Source: an uncultured Desulfobulbaceae bacterium
GTDB taxonomy: Bacteria; Desulfobacterota; Desulfobulbia; Desulfobulbales; BM004
Length of the DNA: 64,000 bases
Direction: 5' to 3'
Assembly: GCA_947259115.1 (NCBI GenBank)
Contig: CAMYKS010000004.1
Location: 2,810 to 66,809, forward strand
Shown: positions 55,648-63,921 of the stretch, in pieces
How positions within the stretch are numbered: the first letter of the stretch is position 1
Layout of the letters: the number at the start of each line of letters is the position of its first letter
The notes under the pieces: generated by a model
The model's input: the letters and a program-made list of their open reading frames with translations, nothing else
What the model was told of the DNA's origin: nothing
Databases searched by the model: none
Translations under genes and position numbers: made by a program

Positions 55648-57086
55648 CCTGACAGTGGCAGAGTCACTAGAAAACGGGCACCCTTCTTGCTGGCCAACAG
55701 ACGAAGGGATCCATCATGATTCTGCACATATTCTTTACTTATTGCAAGGCCAAGGCCAGAACCCTTGACCACGGCCTTTTCTGATCTTTTACCCTGAAAA
55801 AAAGGTGAGAAAATCTGAGAGCGATCTTCATCAGCAATACCAGGGCCACTATCCTCTACAAGACAATGCGCATGTTTACCATCGATTTTTAGTCTTATAC
55901 GAATAATTCCTTGATCCGGAGTAAATTTCACCGCATTGGACACAAGGTTGTCAAAGACAGTTCTCAGCTGATTCCGGTTCCCGTAAACTTCCATGGTACC
56001 AAGCTTAATGTCAAGTTCAATATTTCGGGCCAGAATGGAATTGCGCTGATCAGCCACTATCTCACCAATGAGTTCATCTAATTTAATTTGATTTTTTTCA
56101 GAAGGAATGTCCCTGGCTTGAGCCATATTGAAATTTAGGATATTTTCAATAAGTTTCTGCAATTTCAAACAATTCTTGTCCAGAATCTCGACTATCTCTT
56201 TCTGGTTGCTATTCATGGGGCCGACAAGTTCATCACGGAGTAAACTCGCCCCCTCTTTAATGGAGGCCAGGGGTGTTTTTAAATCATGCGATATATGGGC
56301 TACCAACTTTATTTTTTCTTTGTCCAATTTTGTAAGACGTTTTCTCAGCCAGTCCAGTTTCTTGCCGAGGTCATGCAGGTCTTTCGGGCCTGAAATATCA
56401 ACAGGTGTTGTAAAATCTCCATCACCAAGGCGTTCTATTCCTTTGTTAATTTGCCTGATGGGCCTGGAGATGAGTGCCATAAATATAACGATAAGGAGGA
56501 CTGTAAAAGAAAGCAAACGAGAGGCCTGCCAGATAAGTTTTTCTTTGTCCTGATTAACTTTCAGCTTCAGCGCTTCCACCTCATCAAGCATCAACTGATT
56601 ACTCGATTTTTCAATGGATCTGGCTAAGCTGGTAAGATCCTTATATAGGGAAAGAACCTGTTCCTGCTCTTCTTTAATGAGCTCAGGATCCCCGGCTGCA
56701 TCTTTATTTAAAACAGCTAAAATGTGGTTTTCCTTGAACTTCAGTTCCTCAATCAATTGCGGCAGTTGTTCGTCGCTTTTAAAAGAAAGAAGGTACTCCA
56801 GTGCCTTTTCAATATCCAGATGGGTATTGTTCAGTTCAAGAAGTTGAGCCGGATCACCAAGAACATTATATACTCTTGCCTTACGTTCCTCATCCTGGAG
56901 AAGTTCAGCTACCTTTCTACTACTTGTTACCATATCAACAGAACGATAAACGGCAACATTGCTCTGCACCATCAAGCCGTCCAGAATCTGCACTGAACTG
57001 TACAGGGCCGTGAGCAAAGGCAGGGAGACTAAAAGAAAGCCTGTAAGTAAAAGAGCAAAGAAGGAGTGCGGTCTATATATTCTCAT
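55644..57086 (-). CDS. sensor histidine kinase, TM-periplasmic-TM-HAMP-HisKA-HATPase (GlrK/QseE-like)
   Basis: 480 aa. ISGPKDLHDLGKKLDWLRKRL, H-box HISHDLKTPLASIKEGASLLRDELVGPMNSNQKEIVEILD, GSGLGLAISK. Confidence 0.85.
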   Translation of the reverse strand: MRIYRPHSFFALLLTGFLLVSLPLLTALYSSVQILDGLMVQSNVAVYRSVDMVTSSRKVAELLQDEERKARVYNVLGDPAQLLELNNTHLDIEKALEYLLSFKSDEQLPQLIEELKFKENHILAVLNKDAAGDPELIKEEQEQVLSLYKDLTSLARSIEKSSNQLMLDEVEALKLKVNQDKEKLIWQASRLLSFTVLLIVIFMALISRPIRQINKGIERLGDGDFTTPVDISGPKDLHDLGKKLDWLRKRLTKLDKEKIKLVAHISHDLKTPLASIKEGASLLRDELVGPMNSNQKEIVEILDKNCLKLQKLIENILNFNMAQARDIPSEKNQIKLDELIGEIVADQRNSILARNIELDIKLGTMEVYGNRNQLRTVFDNLVSNAVKFTPDQGIIRIRLKIDGKHAHCLVEDSGPGIADEDRSQIFSPFFQGKRSEKAVVKGSGLGLAISKEYVQNHDGSLRLLASKKGARFLVTLPLSG

Positions 57087-57643
57087 TCATCATTACCTAC
57101 CGAAACACTTGGCTTAATTGAATATTCGCAGGGCAGAAGACAAGAAACTTTTCATCCACTCCCAAAAGGCATAACAGCTTATGAATTGTATCAAATAACG
57201 CATTAAAAAATGCATGGATATATAAATAGTAACTTATTTAAAACAGTAAACCAAGAGTCTGATTCCAGACTAAGAAACACCGTCTTATGAAGAACGTAGC
57301 AACAAAACAGCCAAGGGCCCAGCAAAAAGGGGCCATGCTGTTACACTGAACCCCATGGTATACAATGATATCATATTATAGCACCACCCCATAAAGTGGG
57401 ATTGTCCATTCAGCCACAATTTCTTTCATATGAATACCCTGCTGCAAAACTCCTGCCACCGATTATTACACCGCATCGTTACGTGTCCACTTTTACTGAA
57501 TTGATCTGCTGTTCCCGGCTTTTTTATTAATTTCATTTCAGAACTCCTCACTGCTCCAATAAAATTATATACGGGATAATCAATACACCTCTCTGCATTT
57601 TTTTAGGATAGAGTAACAGTGAGGAAAACAAAAAAGTCTTTTC

Positions 57644-57665
57644 TGTCTGTTGCCCAAAACAGACA
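57644..57665. promoter_or_regulatory. perfect palindrome TGTCTGTT-N6-AACAGACA, candidate enhancer (UAS) for a sigma54 activator
   Basis: 8-bp arms with a 6-bp spacer, centred ~100 bp upstream of the sigma54 -24 element at 57753. Confidence 0.55.
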
Positions 57666-57751
57666 CTTTTGCTTTTTCTGCCCCTGGCAGCAACCTCAGC
57701 ATATTTATTTTTTATAATAATATCTGACAGATGACCCATCCTTAATTATAT

Positions 57752-57767
57752 TGGCATAGTCCTTGCT
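57752..57767 (+). promoter_or_regulatory. sigma54 (-24/-12) promoter
   Basis: TGGCATAGTCCTTGCT fits TGGCAC-N5-TTGCW, with GG and GC at exact 10-nt spacing. The intergenic region is divergent from the sigma54-activator operon. Confidence 0.7.
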
Positions 57768-57929
57768 AATTACCATATAGAGAGCCTGGTATGAACCCTT
57801 TTTACCGGCGCCTAAAAGTAGTCTGTACAAGCCTCATCAACAATAAAAGCAGTCTATTCAAACAGCTGCATCAATCTTGAAAATTCAATGAAGAGCAAAT
57901 CAAAGGCATTGGAAAGATAATGGGATATG

Positions 57930-57955
57930 GGACTGTCTCAAAAATGAGACAGTCC
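57930..57955 (+). other. perfect 10-bp-stem hairpin/palindrome GGACTGTCTC-N6-GAGACAGTCC (contains TGTC-N10-GACA)
   Basis: Lies ~155-180 nt downstream of the predicted sigma54 start site and ~110 nt upstream of the 57-aa ORF. No U-tract follows. Confidence 0.6.
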
Positions 57956-58062
57956 AGTGAAAAGAGAAAATAAATATGGGCCTGAGAATACGAAGACTGG
58001 AGCTGGAACAACGTTAATCATGGCATATCAACAAATACTTTACTGGTAAGGAGGGTTTTCAA

Positions 58063-58236
58063 ATGGCTGAACTGATCAAACCTCAAAGAGATGTCTCGGC
58101 AGAAGATATTTTAATGACAAGGATCGTTGTCTACCAGGCTCTGATTGACATCCTGATTGCCAAGCAGGTCATTTCCGAAGCAGAACTGGTGCACTGCATT
58201 GGGAGAATCAGGCTTGAGCAGGCGAATTTGAAATAA
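58063..58236 (+). CDS. 57-aa hypothetical protein, absent from the ORF track
   Basis: AAGGAGGG 8 nt upstream of the ATG at 58063. Translation is MAELIKPQRDVSAEDILMTRIVVYQALIDILIAKQVISEAELVHCIGRIRLEQANLK. Confidence 0.5.
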   Translation: MAELIKPQRDVSAEDILMTRIVVYQALIDILIAKQVISEAELVHCIGRIRLEQANLK

Positions 58237-58456
58237 TATGAATGGGGATGAGAGACATGAAAAAGTGACTACATAAAATGAGCCGCTTACCTCACCCTTC
58301 CTAAACTTTAAATATACATTTGAGTTAAATTTGATGAACCGACGAAAAAACAATGCTACCTCTGTTATTTTTTCAAAAAATGCCAGGACCGGAAATAGAA
58401 ACTAAATGCAGCAACTGAGTAACAAATTTTATTTCATTTAATAAAGGATGATTCGT

Positions 58457-59203
58457 ATGAAAGAGCAGATGAAAAGAATAAAGTTTATCGAAGTTGATTC
58501 GGAATACCTGAAAAAGGAAGTCTATAAGCTTCGCTATGATGTTTATGTCAATGAATTTGGCTTTGAAAAACAAGGGGACCATCCTGCAGGCCTGGAAATG
58601 GATATATATGATCCCCATTCAGTAGAATTGGCAGCAATAGAACAGATAAATGCCGAAAGGCAAAAGATTATAGGCACCATACGACTTATTCTCCATTCAG
58701 AGCATGGCTTCCCAATTGAAAATGCAGTTCCAATTGGCTTCACAGGCAAAAAGCCATCAGTGGATAAAATTGCCGAAATTTCCCGTCTTGCCATCAGTAA
58801 GGAGTATCGCCGTCGCCAGGGTGATGGTCTCTATGGTGCCAAATCATTTCGAAAGGTGTCTGAAGATGGGGGGCTTGCCGATTGTGGCAGGATACAAAGT
58901 GAAAAGGTCAAGATACAGCCATACCTTATATTGGGATTATTCAAAGAAATGTATCAAGTAAGCAAAAAAATGGGGATCACACACTGGTATATGATAACAG
59001 AAAAGAAACTCTGGTATGCCCTGAAACGATTTAATTTAATCTTTAGCCAGATTGGAGAACCTATAAATTACCATGGCCTGAGAATTCCATACCTTGGAGT
59101 TGTTGCAGAAATTGAACAGCATCTAAGGGAAAAACATGTAGACTTGTACAAGGATTTTCTGGTTGGGCTTGATAAGCAGTATTGGCCGGCGGAGGCATGT
59201 TAG
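58457..59203 (+). CDS. GNAT-fold N-acyl amino acid synthase-like acyltransferase (family linked elsewhere to PEP-CTERM/exosortase systems)
   Basis: VYKLRYDVYVNEFGFE, DIYDPHSVELAA, IGTIRLIL, AEISRLAISKEYRRR, at ~250 aa. AAGGA lies upstream of the ATG at 58457. Confidence 0.65.
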   Translation: MKEQMKRIKFIEVDSEYLKKEVYKLRYDVYVNEFGFEKQGDHPAGLEMDIYDPHSVELAAIEQINAERQKIIGTIRLILHSEHGFPIENAVPIGFTGKKPSVDKIAEISRLAISKEYRRRQGDGLYGAKSFRKVSEDGGLADCGRIQSEKVKIQPYLILGLFKEMYQVSKKMGITHWYMITEKKLWYALKRFNLIFSQIGEPINYHGLRIPYLGVVAEIEQHLREKHVDLYKDFLVGLDKQYWPAEAC

Positions 59204-59306
59204 ATCGGTTTTAAAAATTTTTGTTTAATTGTGCTACCGGAAAAAATGTCACCTGCTTGTCCACCGGCTTTGTGAAATAAGAATAAAAAACACTTATAAA
59301 TAAAAA

Positions 59307-59338
59307 ATGCAGAGTCAGAAGTGACTCTGCATTTTTTA
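59307..59338. terminator. bidirectional rho-independent terminator
   Basis: 11-bp stem ATGCAGAGTCA/TGACTCTGCAT with 4-nt loop, flanked by an A-run on the left and a T-run on the right. It sits between convergent genes. Confidence 0.85.
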
Positions 59339-59394
59339 TTGCCCGGGACTATAATTTTTTTTATGTACTCCCTAACTCCTTCGGCTAATACTCA

Positions 59395-60045
59395 CTAGAC
59401 TATGGCATCCTCGGTTGCTTCTGGCTCATGATGATCTTCATATCCCGTGAACATGGCCTTGAAATGCGCTAAAGGTGTGTGTCCTAGGGTAGCAAGATAG
59501 GCATGCACAAATATAAAGGCAGTAAAAAAGAAAAAGAGCAGGACATGAATAGTTGAGACGATTTTTATGCCGCCAAGAAGGTCTATATAATTTTCGAACC
59601 TCTTAACCCGCCAGAGAAAAAGCCCGGTTATCATCTGAGCCGGAAGAAAGACAAACATGAGGCCGACATAGGCTTTTTGCTGCAGGGCATTAAACTTGTT
59701 GTCAGGGGTCATATGATGCGGGTTGGGGTCTCCCTTGAAAATTCCTGAACCGTAATATTTTACTTGTTTAATGGCATCCGGCACAAAGGTCCTTGGATTT
59801 GGGAAGTAAAGCTTGATTTTCATGGTTCCAAAATAAAAAGACACCCATAGACCGTAGGCTGCAATCACTACAAAACCGACATAATTATGCAGTTGAATCG
59901 CCTCTTCAAGTGAAAACCAGTTCACCATTTCAGCAAACCGTATCTGGATGCCGGTTATGATCAGTATGATAAACCCAACTGCATTGACCCAGTGCCATAC
60001 TCTGACTGGAGCAGGATGAACATACATCAAATTATCATCTCCCAT
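59395..60045 (-). CDS. membrane b-type cytochrome subunit (FdnI/PhsC-like; CbcB-like)
   Basis: HPAPVRVWHWVNAVGFIILIITGIQIRF opening, 4-5 TM helices, conserved His (HNY, HVLLFFFF..FVHAY). Confidence 0.75.
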   Translation of the reverse strand: MGDDNLMYVHPAPVRVWHWVNAVGFIILIITGIQIRFAEMVNWFSLEEAIQLHNYVGFVVIAAYGLWVSFYFGTMKIKLYFPNPRTFVPDAIKQVKYYGSGIFKGDPNPHHMTPDNKFNALQQKAYVGLMFVFLPAQMITGLFLWRVKRFENYIDLLGGIKIVSTIHVLLFFFFTAFIFVHAYLATLGHTPLAHFKAMFTGYEDHHEPEATEDAIV

Positions 60046-60056
60046 GACCTTTCTCC

Positions 60057-61172
60057 TTATATTGAAAATTCATCTTTCTTTTGTTTTCTTTTTCTACGGA
60101 CAGGTGCGGTTGCTATCCTGACCAGGAGGTGTCCTGTCACCACACTTAACCCGCCGACAATGAGAACAAGTCCTATCTTATCAAGATTTCGCACCCGGGT
60201 GCCGCCAATTGCATAGAAGTGATTCACATAGTAGCTTTCAAGCACCCTGCGCTCCACCCTGTGGCGATCACCGGTGCCGTCTTCTCTGTTAAGACTGATA
60301 TAGACCTCCTCAAAAAATGGCGATTCCGGATTATGGCATTGTTCACACTCCCGGTTTGCCCCTCCCCTGTTGACATGGTGCACGGAAGGCACCAGCTCCA
60401 GTACCAGCTCACCGTGGAAGGTGCCGCGGATATCTTTCTGGCGCAACAGCAGGACCATGTCTTCCAATTCCTGCAAACTGATGATTCCGTCCTGGTCTTT
60501 ATCCACCTTATCCATGAAGCCGTCATAGTCCGTCTCCAAGGCTGCGAGCAGATTTTCCGCCCCTAAGAACTTATTGGAAATCAGGTCGTAAAATCTGAGC
60601 GAAATGTAACGCGGGGAATCAGGGGCATGGCAAACGGCACACTCCACAAAGGCAAAATGTGTCTGCTTCTGTGGCAGCCAATCATGGAAGCTATCAGGGT
60701 TGTGGCACCTGAGGCAGAATTTATTCTCCCGCTCAAAGACGGAATCCGAGGTCAGATGAGAGACAAAATGGTACCCATGGCAGGCATAGCAGGGGATGGT
60801 TATACCTTTGCCGCCGGCTTTCTTGTGAACACTGTCAAGATATGCCTCACCCTCTTCTTCATGGCACTCCTCGCATTTTACCATCGCCAGAGAGGTCTCA
60901 TGGGGCACATCGTTATCCCAATTGAGTTCCTCAATATCGGAATGGCAGTCCACACAGGTGATGCCGTTCACATTATGTACAGAGTATTTAAACTTATTGT
61001 AATCAATAAAGAGGTCCTCTTTCATCCCTTCGGACTCAGTGCGCTCAAGGGAGTCGTCGCTGTGGCACTCCATGCATTCATCATTCTCAGTGGCAAAGGC
61101 ATAGGTCGAAAGAAGGCAGGAGCTTATAAGAATGATAAAAACACCAACCAGATAGTACGTCTTTAGTTTCAT
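60057..61172 (-). CDS. heptahaem c-type cytochrome with C-terminal membrane anchor and internal EF-hand loop (CbcA-like architecture)
   Basis: Signal peptide. Seven CxxCH motifs (CMECH, CVDCH, CEECH, CYACH, CLRCH, CAVCH, CEQCH). DKDQDGIISLQE lies between haems 6 and 7. C-terminal TM IGLVLIVGGLSVVTGHLLV plus a basic tail. Confidence 0.85.
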   Translation of the reverse strand: MKLKTYYLVGVFIILISSCLLSTYAFATENDECMECHSDDSLERTESEGMKEDLFIDYNKFKYSVHNVNGITCVDCHSDIEELNWDNDVPHETSLAMVKCEECHEEEGEAYLDSVHKKAGGKGITIPCYACHGYHFVSHLTSDSVFERENKFCLRCHNPDSFHDWLPQKQTHFAFVECAVCHAPDSPRYISLRFYDLISNKFLGAENLLAALETDYDGFMDKVDKDQDGIISLQELEDMVLLLRQKDIRGTFHGELVLELVPSVHHVNRGGANRECEQCHNPESPFFEEVYISLNREDGTGDRHRVERRVLESYYVNHFYAIGGTRVRNLDKIGLVLIVGGLSVVTGHLLVRIATAPVRRKRKQKKDEFSI

Positions 61173-61705
61173 GGTGTTGAAGACCTCCTGTTAATTTTTT
61201 TATTTGGTATCTGTCTCGTTTAGTATCCCCAATTAATAACGGTTCTGAAAAAAAATTACATAGCCGGCCAACCAATTCCTACCTTTCTCTATAGGTAGAG
61301 GAATTCCCATCGGCAATACCATATATTATTAAAGGAAATAATGTGATGACAGATAAATGAATTCGCAGAAGAATTTTTCATACTCGTTATGTCTGGTTTT
61401 GCTGGGGACAACAGCTCCAAAAAAAAACTTTATTACTCAAAAAAATGAATGAGTAATCATTAAAAGGAATTGGTAAATTTTGCAAGTATTTTATTGATTT
61501 ACCACTTTGTGGTACCTCCAGCAATATCTTTCAGATCATTTACCACCAGCTGCATAATGAATTAAATGATAGATAGAGTACGTTTGAAAGAAGAACTCCG
61601 GGCAATACAGATGAATTTCTGTTTCATACTTTTCGTATATCTGGTAAGGATTGGAACTCCCTGATACCTGGGAAGCCATACAGCTTAAATGAGCATAGAC
61701 CTCTG

Positions 61706-62116
61706 GTGAAATTTACCTGGGCCCGATTTCAGCTGACAATACAACCAATAAAAAAAAGTCAAGTAACAGCAATGCAGCCTATAAATGAAAAGCCCGAGAT
61801 CCCGACTCATACCAAATGGGGCATACGTGTCTCAGGGGTGATAATCCTGCTCATCACAGTTATGATATTAAAAAACTGCATGGGATCATTTATATATGGT
61901 GTTTCCACCGAAGAGGAACCGCAAAAGGAATATTACGAGCTTGGTTATTCCCACGGTGTCCAGAAAGCGCAAGGATTGGAACAGCCCCCGGAGCCGGATA
62001 CCGAAAATCTTCTCCTGCGGAAACTCTACCGCAAGGGCTATAGAGACGGCTGGGACAGTGTACAGGCAGCTAAAAAAGCAAAAAATTCAGGTGCTTCACC
62101 GGAAGCAGGTCAATGA
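61706..62116 (+). CDS. hypothetical single-pass membrane protein
   Basis: ORF with TM VSGVIILLITVMIL. No clear RBS at either candidate start (61706 GTG or 61772 ATG). Confidence 0.35.
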   Translation: MKFTWARFQLTIQPIKKSQVTAMQPINEKPEIPTHTKWGIRVSGVIILLITVMILKNCMGSFIYGVSTEEEPQKEYYELGYSHGVQKAQGLEQPPEPDTENLLLRKLYRKGYRDGWDSVQAAKKAKNSGASPEAGQ

Positions 62117-62138
62117 CCTGTGGCATAAGCAGGAAAAA

Positions 62139-62305
62139 CTAGGAGCCTGTCGGAGAATTATAATCGTAACGAAAAAATGAGGAATTGAGATCAAATTTTT
62201 GGAAATTTGATGCGAATAGCAGCGCTATTTAAAGAAAATTTATGGAAATTTGAGCCGATTCTCTCGCTTTTGCAGTAGATTTGTAATTCTCCGACAGGCT
62301 CCTAG
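62139..62305. mobile_element. 167-bp MITE with perfect 22-bp terminal inverted repeats
   Basis: CTAGGAGCCTGTCGGAGAATTA (62139-62160) versus TAATTCTCCGACAGGCTCCTAG (62284-62305). No coding capacity. The left 104 bp are duplicated at 3014-3117. Confidence 0.85.
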
Positions 62306-62333
62306 CCTCGGATAAATAAGAAACAGTCTCCGC

Positions 62334-63518
62334 TTAATAGAGCCGGAAAAGCCTTCCCACGAATCTCTCACCCAGCAGGAAACCAAAGCCCACCAGGCCA
62401 AATGCCCCAAGAACCACGATGAGTTCGGCGCCGCTCGGGAAATAGTGAAAATATTGCGGCAGATCATTCCAGCCGCTAAACTTCGGTATAATCTGGCCGC
62501 TGAAAACCAGGTCAAACCTCTGGACATACGCTCCTACCATGGCCATACAGGAGGCCAATGTCATGGCCCAAACGGATTTTGTTTTAGTGATCAGCAGCAG
62601 AGCCAACGGCATAATGAGACCCGTGAAAATTTCAAAGCCCCAGAAGTTAACGGCCAGAGGGCCATTTATCAGGGCCTGGGCTGCAGCTCTTCCCGGATCA
62701 GGGGTGTCACTGAAAAAAATGGAATAGAATCTGGCTATGGTTACCACCAGAACTATGCCGATCATTAAAGCCATGAGTGTTGCGGCGGTCTCAAGCGCCT
62801 TGTGTGGCTCTCCGGCTATTTTCTGCTGCCGTAATGTAAAGGCAAGCACGGTAAAAATAATGATAGCTGCCGTTCCCGATAACACTGCTGAGGCCAGAAA
62901 AAGCACAAGGAGTTGAATCCCGAACCAGATGGGCGGGTCAGAAGCCAGGGTAAACAAACCGCCAAGGTTGTTATTTGCACCAACTGCAGTGACAGCAGCA
63001 ATAATTCCAAAACTCAGAGCCAAACCCTGGCTGCCCGAAACCAAAAAAGCAAAACGCAGAAACAGGCAGCCTGACATGATGCCATACAGGGTTGAAAGCC
63101 ACCATATATTGGATGTAAGGCTGGGAGACGCAGCGTTGAAGTAGATGAGCATCCAGGGACTTTCCACACTGAAAGCCAGGAGCATGAAGGCAGTCACGGT
63201 GGTAACGATGGCAAGATAGACCGCACGACTCCCCAAGGGGCGTAACTGAGTTACTCCATAGGCATGGCTGATGGCTGCAAGCAGGCATAATCCTGTGGAG
63301 GTGATGGCAAAAAAAGCAAAGGATGAGGTCAATATTCCCCAGGGAACTTCACGCGAAGTACCATAGGCGATCTCATGCCCGGTCATTGTCGCATAGGAAC
63401 CGGCAGTCAACCCTGCAATGACAAAGAGAGACAAGAGATGTGTCGTCCATTTTACCGAAGAGCTGGCCAGACGCCCCTCTTCTAAATCCTCAATATTGGT
63501 CGTCATATTTTTTCTCAA
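62334..63518 (-). CDS. NrfD/PsrC-family quinone-interacting membrane subunit
   Basis: 394 aa with ~9-10 TM helices and an NrfD-like N-terminal region (GHEIAYGTSREVPWGILTSSFAFFAITSTG). Confidence 0.75.
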   Translation of the reverse strand: MRKNMTTNIEDLEEGRLASSSVKWTTHLLSLFVIAGLTAGSYATMTGHEIAYGTSREVPWGILTSSFAFFAITSTGLCLLAAISHAYGVTQLRPLGSRAVYLAIVTTVTAFMLLAFSVESPWMLIYFNAASPSLTSNIWWLSTLYGIMSGCLFLRFAFLVSGSQGLALSFGIIAAVTAVGANNNLGGLFTLASDPPIWFGIQLLVLFLASAVLSGTAAIIIFTVLAFTLRQQKIAGEPHKALETAATLMALMIGIVLVVTIARFYSIFFSDTPDPGRAAAQALINGPLAVNFWGFEIFTGLIMPLALLLITKTKSVWAMTLASCMAMVGAYVQRFDLVFSGQIIPKFSGWNDLPQYFHYFPSGAELIVVLGAFGLVGFGFLLGERFVGRLFRLY

Positions 63519-63540
63519 AAATTTAAAGCCGCAGTGCTGC

Positions 63541-63921
63541 CTACTTTATTCCCAGTTCATATTCTTCCAGGTGCTTATGCCCCTGCACACCGATATGGCA
63601 CCAATTGCACTTCGTATTAACTGAAAAGGCATTCGTGCCGTCATGGCACTTGCCGCAGTATTTACCCTGCCTGAAAGACTCCATGGTAAAATCGCCTTTT
63701 TCTTCAACCTCACCTGCTTTTTTGGCAAATAAATCAGGATGGCAGCTCTGGCAGTCGAACTGTTTCCCCAGATGAAATTTATGTTCAAAAATTACCGCCC
63801 GTACCGGTTTTATAAAAACAATCGGCCCTCCACCGTATTCCTGGGCCCCGGATGCAGGCACCATACCCGTAAAGACCAGCAGGAGTATAAAAAGAAAAAA
63901 TATTTTGTCTAACTTATTCAT
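63541..63921 (-). CDS. small periplasmic trihaem c-type cytochrome (c7/c3-like)
   Basis: Signal peptide, VIFEHKFH, CQSCH, CGKCH, CNWCH, 126 aa. Located 22 bp upstream of the NrfD-like gene. Confidence 0.8.
   Translation of the reverse strand: MNKLDKIFFLFILLLVFTGMVPASGAQEYGGGPIVFIKPVRAVIFEHKFHLGKQFDCQSCHPDLFAKKAGEVEEKGDFTMESFRQGKYCGKCHDGTNAFSVNTKCNWCHIGVQGHKHLEEYELGIK

Noticed and set aside
57254-57272. Palindrome AGTCTG-ATTC-CAGACT in the kinase-proximal part of the divergent region, as a further activator site.
   Set aside because: The spacing differs from the other two palindromes, it lacks the TGTC/GACA ends, and it lies ~500 bp from the sigma54 promoter. The evidence is insufficient.
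58111-58353. 80-aa minus-strand ORF from the track.
   Set aside because: It overlaps the RBS-equipped 57-aa plus-strand ORF downstream of the sigma54 promoter, and it has no RBS or motif of its own.
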